This document shows positions 38,311 through 45,943 of a stretch of 64,000 nt of DNA, one piece after another. Numbering within the stretch: position 1 is the first letter of the stretch; every line of letters begins with the position of its first letter. The DNA is taken from the sequence record PQ227241.1, one strand, 5' to 3'. Below the pieces are notes generated by a model, which saw only the letters and a list, made by a program, of their open reading frames with translations, searched no databases and had not been told where the DNA came from. The position numbers and the translations under genes were made by a program.

Positions 38311-39423
38311 CTATTTGATGATAACCGCTTTAGAAAGAGTTTCCATACTTCCAATAACTAATTTGGATTTCTCTTCTTCAGGGTTCCCCATTGCTTCACG
38401 CAGGAGTTCACCAATAGTTTTGGGTTGAACATCATCACTGATTTCACGCGAGCATGCCGAGTCGTCGTACATATCAAACACATTCAGATCATCATCATCC
38501 AGGGGCGTGCTGTCATTCCATGAATAGCTTGATTCATCCGAGGTATCATCAGACTCACCATACTGTTCACTGAGGTCACGGTCCAGTTCAGCCTCATACA
38601 TCTCGCTAATTGCTTTATCGTCTTCTTCTTGCGCCTTACGACGAGAAGTCTTGTAGAACGGAAGCAGGCGTTGCAGGACTTTATGGAACTTCTTCTTGCT
38701 GATCAACCAGCTAACAGAGTAGCGAGACAGCTTTACTTCAGCTGCTTTGATAGTCGGATCGGAGTACAGCGCCATGACTAGCTTGTCCAGTTTGTGCAGA
38801 TGATCTTTAAACGAGTTTGCATAAGCAGGATGTTCCCGAAGAGTGAACATCACAAACGAACGCATGTCAGTGATATAGTACTGACTGTGATGTTTGTTGA
38901 TTTCGATGTATACCGGATCTACTGCGCGGTTATAATCGAATTCCTCTGCCCAGGTAAGGCTACGTACTTTAGTAGGACGAGGACCTTCTGCCCAACGAAC
39001 AGTCGGATGTTTCTCACGGATGTTCCAACCATGATTGCGATCATACTCGGTTGACTCTTCTTTGAACCAGGTGAAATTACCTTCACCGCGCGATACAATA
39101 CCACGGCACCAACTGACGTTGATTGCCTTGTTACGGCTTTCAGTAAGATCACAGGGCATGTCCAGAATAGCGACATAACTGTTATGACCATTGGCCACAA
39201 CGCCGAGAACAGTAGCTTCGAATGTCTCGTAGCGCTGTCCAGGATACACACGTTCATTCTCATCCAGGTAACGAAGGGAGCAGGATTCGAAGATAGCACG
39301 AGTACCGGCAGGGAAATGGGCACGACCGAAAGGTTGTTCGGCCTTTCTTTCTTTACGACGGCTGATAACCCATTCCAGTTTTTCTTTGGTCAGACGGGTT
39401 ACGGGTTCACGATACTGTTTCAT
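38311..39423 (-). CDS. Early protein, probable phiKZ014 homolog (host ribosome/5S rRNA-binding)
   Basis: 370 aa, basic N-terminal region and acidic low-complexity C-tail; identified by recalled size and synteny only. Confidence 0.5.
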   Translation of the reverse strand: MKQYREPVTRLTKEKLEWVISRRKERKAEQPFGRAHFPAGTRAIFESCSLRYLDENERVYPGQRYETFEATVLGVVANGHNSYVAILDMPCDLTESRNKAINVSWCRGIVSRGEGNFTWFKEESTEYDRNHGWNIREKHPTVRWAEGPRPTKVRSLTWAEEFDYNRAVDPVYIEINKHHSQYYITDMRSFVMFTLREHPAYANSFKDHLHKLDKLVMALYSDPTIKAAEVKLSRYSVSWLISKKKFHKVLQRLLPFYKTSRRKAQEEDDKAISEMYEAELDRDLSEQYGESDDTSDESSYSWNDSTPLDDDDLNVFDMYDDSACSREISDDVQPKTIGELLREAMGNPEEEKSKLVIGSMETLSKAVIIK

Positions 39424-39517
39424 GGTAATTTCCTTTTTACGATTGATTGGGTTGAGTACATCTCAATGCATCCTTTTCAAGACGCATTGAGATGGGGTCT
39501 CCGAAGAGACCCATCTA

Positions 39518-40120
39518 TTATTCTTGGGTCAGTTCCCCAAGACGACCTTCGGCTTTCATGCGACGGATTTCCGAGATGGATTTACCGTACATTTTGGCCA
39601 GTTCTTTCACAGTACCTTCAGGCACAGGTTTGTTCATGTCGCGGAAGTTCTGCTTAGCGATATTGTAACGCTGATGTTGAAGAGTCTTCAGTTCCGAACG
39701 TACCAGAGCGTTACCGGCACATTGGGAGATGAATGTAACCATGAAGGTCTTCAGCTTGCCACGGTAGACGTTGACCCAAGCACAGGACTCATCCACGTGG
39801 ATGTTCTTGTACTCGGAAACCTTGGCGTATTCCAGCAGGCCGACGGCATCGGGACCGTTGTCCTGATAAACCATCTTGTTGAACAGGCCCAGGGCGATAT
39901 CGGAGGAACGCTCACCTTTTATGAAGGCGATGGCGTCTTCGATGATCTTGGTTTCCAGGTCTTTGTACTTGACCGGGTCGTTCTTGATCAACAGTAGCAT
40001 GGCGTCGACCTTGACAGTCAAACCCATGTCGGCACCGCGTCGATCGATCAACTCGTTGTGCTGTTTCTGCGTGAACACGGGATCTATGTTCTTGAAAGCT
40101 TTCAGGAGACGCTGTTCCAT
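39518..40120 (-). CDS. Early protein with possible C-terminal helix-turn-helix
   Basis: TVKELAKMYGKSISEIRRMKAEG at the C-terminus. Confidence 0.55.
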   Translation of the reverse strand: MEQRLLKAFKNIDPVFTQKQHNELIDRRGADMGLTVKVDAMLLLIKNDPVKYKDLETKIIEDAIAFIKGERSSDIALGLFNKMVYQDNGPDAVGLLEYAKVSEYKNIHVDESCAWVNVYRGKLKTFMVTFISQCAGNALVRSELKTLQHQRYNIAKQNFRDMNKPVPEGTVKELAKMYGKSISEIRRMKAEGRLGELTQE

Positions 40121-40297
40121 TTACTTGTCCTCTTTGACGTTGAATGCATACATGGTACATTTCGGCTTAGCCGGGTGTTGGCACCACTCTTTAGATACCT
40201 TGCCCTCAGGTTTAGTGAGATCGTAATAGAACTCACCACCTGCGGCAGCGATACCCATCAGTACTGCAATGAATCCCATTCCGATCTTTACTTTCAT
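40121..40297 (-). CDS. Small signal/TM-anchored protein (58 aa), not in the ORF track
   Basis: Hand-translated MKVKIGMGFIAVLMGIAAAGGEFYYDLTKPEGKVSKEWCQHPAKPKCTMYAFNVKEDK; ATGA overlap upstream and TAAATG junction downstream. Confidence 0.7.
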   Translation of the reverse strand: MKVKIGMGFIAVLMGIAAAGGEFYYDLTKPEGKVSKEWCQHPAKPKCTMYAFNVKEDK

Positions 40298-40686
40298 TTG
40301 GCAATGATCCGTTGTACGAAGTGTTGAAGGTTGGCTACCAGGCGTTCGAATTCTTCTTCGGTTACCTGGTCACGATGCGATTCCAGAAGTACTTCTACTT
40401 CCGGCAGGACGTTCATGGCGATATCCAACTGGATACGGCTGATGAACTCTTCCGTTGTGATATTTCGATCACGACGAATACGACTTACCAGCTTGCGATG
40501 TTGTTCGCTGTTGCGGTAGGTGGAGATCTTATCGATAAGAATATCAGAGATACTGCTTTCGATCTGTTCGGCTACAGCCTGACCGTCTTCCTTTACGGTA
40601 GCTTTGACCGCGAGGATGGCAGCAACGGCTGTTGCGCCAACTGCCAGTGCAATAAGACCAAGTGCGTTTTCTTTGATGAAGTTCAT
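40294..40686 (-). CDS. N-terminally membrane-anchored helical protein
   Basis: ALGLIALAVGATAVAAILAV hydrophobic segment. Confidence 0.65.
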   Translation of the reverse strand: MNFIKENALGLIALAVGATAVAAILAVKATVKEDGQAVAEQIESSISDILIDKISTYRNSEQHRKLVSRIRRDRNITTEEFISRIQLDIAMNVLPEVEVLLESHRDQVTEEEFERLVANLQHFVQRIIAK

Positions 40687-40691
40687 ATTGA

Positions 40692-41033
40692 TTATCCTTT
40701 CAAAGTTGCATCATCATTGAAGATATCAGGACCCACCGAGAGACTTCCCAGAAGATCCGGAGCAATGTAAACAGAGTTGAGGGTTTCGTATACACCGGTA
40801 ACAGCATCTACGTTAACCAGGCTAGAACTGCGCATGGGTACCCATTCACCGTTACGGAAGGCTTCACCGACCAGTACACGAACATCATCTACGTCAGTGC
40901 GGTTCGGCCATAGATCCTTACCTTCTACTATTTTTACATTACGAGCATGGTAGACCAGTTTACCATTCATGCGAGCAACGATATTCGGACGGCACATGTT
41001 GTCGATTACTTTAACTGCTACGGACTTTTCCAT
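40692..41033 (-). CDS. Hypothetical early protein
   Basis: 113-aa ORF. Confidence 0.65.
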   Translation of the reverse strand: MEKSVAVKVIDNMCRPNIVARMNGKLVYHARNVKIVEGKDLWPNRTDVDDVRVLVGEAFRNGEWVPMRSSSLVNVDAVTGVYETLNSVYIAPDLLGSLSVGPDIFNDDATLKG

Positions 41034-41043
41034 TTTTATTTCT

Positions 41044-41193
41044 CTATTTAGTTACGAGCATTTCTTGACCATTGGGACCGATACGATGACCGAGGATAAC
41101 AGTTTCATTAGAAATAGTTTGCTCTTCAAACTTAGCGTTTACAAACAGTCCACCAAAAGTCAAACCAATAACCACTAGTGCGAATGCTTTCAT
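41044..41193 (-). CDS. Small signal/TM protein (49 aa), not in the ORF track
   Basis: Hand-translated MKAFALVVIGLTFGGLFVNAKFEEQTISNETVILGHRIGPNGQEMLVTK; first gene after an early promoter; AAGGGA RBS. Confidence 0.7.
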   Translation of the reverse strand: MKAFALVVIGLTFGGLFVNAKFEEQTISNETVILGHRIGPNGQEMLVTK

Positions 41194-41203
41194 TTTTAAA
41201 GTC

Positions 41204-41256
41204 CCTTTTTACATTAATTGAAGGTTAAATATCAAGTTAGTAATATACTGTTTAAA
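41204..41256 (-). repeat. 53-bp exact repeat of promoter plus 5' UTR plus RBS (copy at 43055-43107)
   Basis: Direct base-by-base comparison. Confidence 0.9.
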
Positions 41257-41268
41257 TATGTTTGAATA
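41240..41268 (-). promoter_or_regulatory. Early promoter TATTCAAACATATTTAAACAGTATATTAC
   Basis: Extended motif repeated, exactly or nearly, at about 41590, 43091, 43595 and 58233. Confidence 0.85.
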
Positions 41269-41283
41269 AGGGAGTAGTAGTTA

Positions 41284-41544
41284 TTACATATCGTGCAGGT
41301 AGGTCTCATCAATGATGGCACGGGCTAGCTCAATGAGACTATCTTCATCAACAACAATGTTACCATCTTTCCAGGTAGCGCTATGGGATAACCAGTTACG
41401 GTAATCCTTACCTCGTACAGGATTGATGCATACCTGACGAGTAGCTGCATCACGGTCACCACGGAAACCCATGATAGCACGTGCACGACGGATTGCTTCT
41501 TTCTCCAAGTCTTCGTCAGATTTAAAAGTCAGGAAAGTTGTCAT
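41284..41544 (-). CDS. Hypothetical early protein
   Basis: 86 aa, own early promoter at about 41590. Confidence 0.65.
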   Translation of the reverse strand: MTTFLTFKSDEDLEKEAIRRARAIMGFRGDRDAATRQVCINPVRGKDYRNWLSHSATWKDGNIVVDEDSLIELARAIIDETYLHDM

Positions 41545-41589
41545 AGTTTGATTCCTTTTTACTGATTTAATAGGTTTAATTACACTGTT

Positions 41590-41618
41590 GTGATATACTG
41601 GTTAAAATGGTTTGAATG
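41590..41618 (-). promoter_or_regulatory. Early promoter (TATATCAC variant)
   Basis: Same extended motif. Confidence 0.75.
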
Positions 41619-41625
41619 TATTATT

Positions 41626-41958
41626 TCATTTCCACAGACGACAATAGTCATCTACATGTCGAGTGATTTCTGCAACAGCCCTGAGTCGCCGCCGGCCAGT
41701 TAATTTAGAGCAGTGTTTATTAACTAATGTATCAACAGTTTTACGTAACCTAACACAGCGTTCTTCATTAGGTATATCTTGTTCGATAAACAGGCTAGTT
41801 AATTTATGGATTTCCATATGGATTTTCTTACATACATCGTTAGCCGATTTTTCTTCATTTAATTTGTTGTATGATTCGACTAACTTAACAATAGTTGTAG
41901 CAACAGTAGTTGCGGCAACAAAAATTTGAATACCATTGATAAAATTTTTATTAAACAT
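41626..41958 (-). CDS. Hypothetical protein with hydrophobic N-terminus
   Basis: 110 aa, GGAG RBS. Confidence 0.6.
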   Translation of the reverse strand: MFNKNFINGIQIFVAATTVATTIVKLVESYNKLNEEKSANDVCKKIHMEIHKLTSLFIEQDIPNEERCVRLRKTVDTLVNKHCSKLTGRRRLRAVAEITRHVDDYCRLWK

Positions 41959-42059
41959 TTTTAAACTCCAACTAATGTATTAAAAAAATATGTCTATATT
42001 GAAAATAAAGCCCTCCCCGAAGGGAGGGTGTATGTCGCCAATAAGTGTTACTAATTTAT

Positions 42060-42272
42060 TTAGTTAGTTTGACCATACGTTCTTTCAAAGTTGTTTACAT
42101 CATAACCTGAGTGGTGTGTTGCAGAACCACCTGAAGTAGTATCTATAATCTTAACTACCACTTCATCATTTTCAATGTAAACCGACAGTTTATCTCGCAT
42201 AAAATCCACGTGGTCATTTCGAGAACGTAGATATTTCATTACAGCTTCGCCACTGATTTTACTGTTAGCCAT
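42060..42272 (-). CDS. Hypothetical early protein
   Basis: 70 aa, GAGG RBS. Confidence 0.6.
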   Translation of the reverse strand: MANSKISGEAVMKYLRSRNDHVDFMRDKLSVYIENDEVVVKIIDTTSGGSATHHSGYDVNNFERTYGQTN

Positions 42273-42274
42273 TA

Positions 42275-42511
42275 TTATTTCCTCGATTGATTCCAGTTAA
42301 AATTATCTTTTGCATTTTTAGTGAAGAACCCGTTACCCCAACCAAATGAGTATCTAAAGTCCTTGATTACACCAACATCCGAATCGATAACCTTATATTC
42401 AATGACTTTATCACTATTCTCCAGAATGACTAAGATCGCGATAAGATCTTTAGGATCACCTACAGTCAATTCATGTCTTTCAGACTCGTCTCTGTGGATA
42501 ACGATGTACAT
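42275..42511 (-). CDS. Hypothetical early protein
   Basis: 78 aa, GAGGA RBS. Confidence 0.6.
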   Translation of the reverse strand: MYIVIHRDESERHELTVGDPKDLIAILVILENSDKVIEYKVIDSDVGVIKDFRYSFGWGNGFFTKNAKDNFNWNQSRK

Positions 42512-42528
42512 GGTACTTTATCCTCTAA

Positions 42529-43044
42529 TTATACCCATTTAGTTACTGGGAGTTCGAAGGTTTCACACAAGTCGAGTACTTTACGATGTTCCAAGTTATT
42601 TTCTGGATAGAAGGTAATGGGTGTAGTCGGACTACCCCAATTAACACGACATCCAGTTTCTTTATGGATTTCGCCAAGTACAGTATATGCACCTGCCCCA
42701 TCTGCATAACCCATTTGATTAGGGTTAACGCAGATTTGAGTAAAACGCTCCGTCAATACTCGATTAATAGTGATGGTCAAGAGACGAACGAACTCACGAG
42801 TCTTCTCGATGTCGTCTACCCAGAATTCCAGAAGGATCCATTTCCCATGAGGGTTATCATGCCCACCTTGGAAGAATACACAGAAACCTTCTTTTGCCTT
42901 ATAAAACTCGTGATTGGTAATGTTACATTCAACCATTTGTTTCACTGCATGCCATACACGCTCGGTGACATAATCACCATAAAGTTCGATGCAGTGACCA
43001 CGGCCAGGGAATTGTTCTTTTTTAGAAAATTTAATTTCGAACAT
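42529..43044 (-). CDS. Hypothetical early protein
   Basis: 171 aa, directly after an early promoter. Confidence 0.7.
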   Translation of the reverse strand: MFEIKFSKKEQFPGRGHCIELYGDYVTERVWHAVKQMVECNITNHEFYKAKEGFCVFFQGGHDNPHGKWILLEFWVDDIEKTREFVRLLTITINRVLTERFTQICVNPNQMGYADGAGAYTVLGEIHKETGCRVNWGSPTTPITFYPENNLEHRKVLDLCETFELPVTKWV

Positions 43045-43090
43045 GGTATAGATTCCTTTTTACATTAATTGAAGGTTAAATATCAAGTTA

Positions 43091-43118
43091 GTAATATACT
43101 GTTTAAAATGGTTTGAAT
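43091..43118 (-). promoter_or_regulatory. Early promoter
   Basis: Same extended motif. Confidence 0.8.
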
Positions 43119-43138
43119 GTATTATCGGTAGGGGAGGG

Positions 43139-43552
43139 TTACCCTTTTAACTTTTTAATACTGTTGGATAAGTACATGACACTACGGAAAATTTTGAATC
43201 TTGAAAAGTATTCACGTACTTCTTCTTTAGTCAATACAAGTCTTCCATCTTTATTTACATTATCACCAAAGACAATTTCCTGAGTATTCTTCCATAAAGA
43301 TCTATAAAGATAACAGCCATGTGGTGCATCACACCAATCATAGATCTTAAGTTCAAATTCAACTTTGTCGACAATATCGTCATCAAATAAAATAGTATTT
43401 CCTTTACTATTTAACTCCATTAACTCATTTGCACAATTTATTGCAAACTCAACCGCTGCCCAGGTTCTACCACCACTGAACATATCTTTACTTAATTTAC
43501 TTAGATCGATTGCATTATAAGTTGTTTTCTTAGAGTTTTTCATGGACTGCAC
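43139..43552 (-). CDS. Hypothetical early protein
   Basis: 137 aa, directly after an early promoter. Confidence 0.65.
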   Translation of the reverse strand: MQSMKNSKKTTYNAIDLSKLSKDMFSGGRTWAAVEFAINCANELMELNSKGNTILFDDDIVDKVEFELKIYDWCDAPHGCYLYRSLWKNTQEIVFGDNVNKDGRLVLTKEEVREYFSRFKIFRSVMYLSNSIKKLKG

Positions 43553-43594
43553 TCCTCAATAATAAATAGAATAATCTATATTTAATTCACCTTT

Positions 43595-43623
43595 GTAATA
43601 TACTGTTTAAATATGTTTGAATA
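43595..43623 (-). promoter_or_regulatory. Early promoter
   Basis: Same extended motif. Confidence 0.8.
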
Positions 43624-43659
43624 CATGACATAAAGCCTTCCCCTGGGGGAAGGCTATTA

Positions 43660-44181
43660 TTATGTTTTAATCCAATGGGTATATGTACATAGGTCAGTTT
43701 CTTTAATAATGGTTGATTTCCATTTATCCCATTTAATGATTTCTTTAGGGAAATAAACACAACTACTATTATCTATTTCCATCTTGACAGTAGTAATGTA
43801 CATTTCGTCTAAAATATCCTTTTCAATGACTTCTTTATAAAGTTGAGAACCGCCAATGATCCATACATCCTTTCCAGTTTCTTTATTGAAATGAGTGGCA
43901 TAAACAATAGCTGCACTTAGATTAGGGAGTACACCTAATTTATTATCATAGGCTACTGGATAATTACCGTTACGATATAAACTTGATGATACAACAATGT
44001 TATTACGATTAGGTAACGGTTTACTACCTAAGGATAAGAAAGTATTTTTACCCATGATAACACAGCAACCAGTTGTCATTTCTTTAAAGAAAGCTAAATC
44101 CTCAGGTATATGCCAAGGTAATAGATTATTATATCCAATGACACCATTTAGGTCATGGGCAACGATTAATTTAATAGCCAT
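43660..44181 (-). CDS. folA: Dihydrofolate reductase
   Basis: LIVAHDLNGVIG, LPWHIPEDLAFFK, VIMGKNTF, PLPNRNNIVVS, IIGGSQLY motifs. Confidence 0.97.
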   Translation of the reverse strand: MAIKLIVAHDLNGVIGYNNLLPWHIPEDLAFFKEMTTGCCVIMGKNTFLSLGSKPLPNRNNIVVSSSLYRNGNYPVAYDNKLGVLPNLSAAIVYATHFNKETGKDVWIIGGSQLYKEVIEKDILDEMYITTVKMEIDNSSCVYFPKEIIKWDKWKSTIIKETDLCTYTHWIKT

Positions 44182-44687
44182 TAATTTTCCTTAGGCCAGA
44201 ATTTACAAGATACTTCATTATCTTTAAATTCAATAGCCCAACTACAGCAAGTGAAATTAGTTTTAAACTTAAATGTAGACGCTAATAGGTAATTAATTTG
44301 AGCCATTTGTAATAGCGTTAATTCACCATATACTTTCTCATCAATCAATACACCAGGTCTTTTATGTTTAATAACTAATTCATTCAACTTAATATCTTGT
44401 TCAATATAGAGGTATTCCACTTCGCCTTTTTCTAGTATAGGCATGTCCCAAAGAATCAGACTAATCTGTTGTGTGAATTCCTCAATACTAGTTGTAATAT
44501 CTAGTCCTTCATAACCTATCAATAGATTTATAAGTACTTGTAGACTAATCAGATTAACAGGTAAGTCTTTTAAATCGTCTTCTTTAATAGTTGTTCTAAA
44601 ATAAACAGTGCCATCTAAGTTTTTAACTAATAATCTATTTAATAGATGATTGACTTCTGATTTAATCTGATAATCCAGTTTGATCAT
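44181..44687 (-). CDS. Hypothetical protein (gp3 position)
   Basis: 168 aa, co-transcribed with DHFR. Confidence 0.6.
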   Translation of the reverse strand: MIKLDYQIKSEVNHLLNRLLVKNLDGTVYFRTTIKEDDLKDLPVNLISLQVLINLLIGYEGLDITTSIEEFTQQISLILWDMPILEKGEVEYLYIEQDIKLNELVIKHKRPGVLIDEKVYGELTLLQMAQINYLLASTFKFKTNFTCCSWAIEFKDNEVSCKFWPKEN

Positions 44688-45246
44688 TAGCTAACTCCTT
44701 GAGTCTAGTCATGCCATTACTAACTTCAATAATGTAACTAAAGTCAAAACTATATTTCATCATTTTGAATTCTTCTTTAAAGTTAGCGATATTTCCAGAC
44801 AGAGCAATTTGTTCAAATCGACTAAAATCAGTAATAGTTTCATCGAACATTAGTTCTCTTGCGGTAATATCTGGATCATAGTTAGGATGATCAACTACAG
44901 TACCTTCGTGGTTTAAAGTACCTTGAAAATTCAAAGTCTTTTTAACATGGTCTACAGTTATTTTCCAACTAGTTGCAATATACCGAGCTTTAACTAAATT
45001 AGGAGCATACCTGTAAATACACCATTGTAATGGAGTGCCAACAGTTTGCGTATCATGCGTGGCTTTTATAACTTTAATAAAATTCTCAAGTTGATCAAAT
45101 GTAACATTCCTAGTTACACCATCATTAGTGGTTATATTAAGAGATGGTCGAAGACCAGTACCAAGATCATTGGTGATGATTATATCCTCAACTAAAGCTT
45201 CATATAACTTTAGTCCTTCTTTTCTGGATCCAACATCATTACCCAT
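44662..45246 (-). CDS. Probable ChmB (gp2), phage-nucleus shell-associated protein
   Basis: 194 aa at the gp2 position, two genes before DHFR (gp4); assignment by recalled synteny and size, not by motif. Confidence 0.5.
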   Translation of the reverse strand: MGNDVGSRKEGLKLYEALVEDIIITNDLGTGLRPSLNITTNDGVTRNVTFDQLENFIKVIKATHDTQTVGTPLQWCIYRYAPNLVKARYIATSWKITVDHVKKTLNFQGTLNHEGTVVDHPNYDPDITARELMFDETITDFSRFEQIALSGNIANFKEEFKMMKYSFDFSYIIEVSNGMTRLKELANDQTGLSD

Positions 45247-45599
45247 TGTTTAGCTTCCTCTTTTGTTACCAGTTGATAAAGTTTATTAAATTCACGTTGA
45301 CGCATTAATTTGTAATCTAATATACGCCCATTATTTTTACGAATTAAAATAATAAAATCACCCGGACAGACAATTTTATCTTTATCTGAACCCACACGTA
45401 AAATACCATGACTAGATTCAGTTAGATTACATAATGGACAAATCGTATTACTAAGAGTAGACTCTTTAGTAGGTATGACATAACCAACAATAGCACCTTG
45501 ATTGATATTGTTGATAACGCCATCACCAGGTATATCACCGTTCTTTTTCCATTCGATTGCTTCAATTGGATCGGTGTATCTCGGTAGATAAAAAGACAT
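45210..45599 (-). CDS. Conserved phage protein with putative metal-binding CxxC/H motif (gp1 position)
   Basis: IEAIEWKKNGD...CPLC...SHG...VCPGDFII pattern of a widespread phage family. Confidence 0.55.
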   Translation of the reverse strand: MSFYLPRYTDPIEAIEWKKNGDIPGDGVINNINQGAIVGYVIPTKESTLSNTICPLCNLTESSHGILRVGSDKDKIVCPGDFIILIRKNNGRILDYKLMRQREFNKLYQLVTKEEAKQWVMMLDPEKKD

Positions 45600-45943
45600 T
45601 CTTAATTAACTCCGATAAATAATAGTAGTATAGTAAAAAGCACTTAGGTATATTTCTATTTTAAGCTATATTGCGGATAAAATAAAACCTAAGGGTACAT
45701 AGCGGGTTATTGTTTAAAGCTCTTAAATAGCGTGGTAGAACGATATTGGACTATATGGCTGTAACCCTTAAGACACTAAGGCTACAAGGATTTTTAAGAT
45801 AAAGATATCCAATGTACCATAGTATGCTTTTACAATAGATCAACTAAATTCATTTAAAATGGGTCGTAAAAATACTAAGTTGATCTAAAGATATGTTGAA
45901 TACTTTTTCACATGAACTTACGACTCACAATTGGAAATTAACA

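Noticed and set aside
37217-40770. Many long plus-strand ORFs antisense to early genes
   Set aside because: Expected shadow frames in GC-richer coding DNA; no RBS or promoter support.
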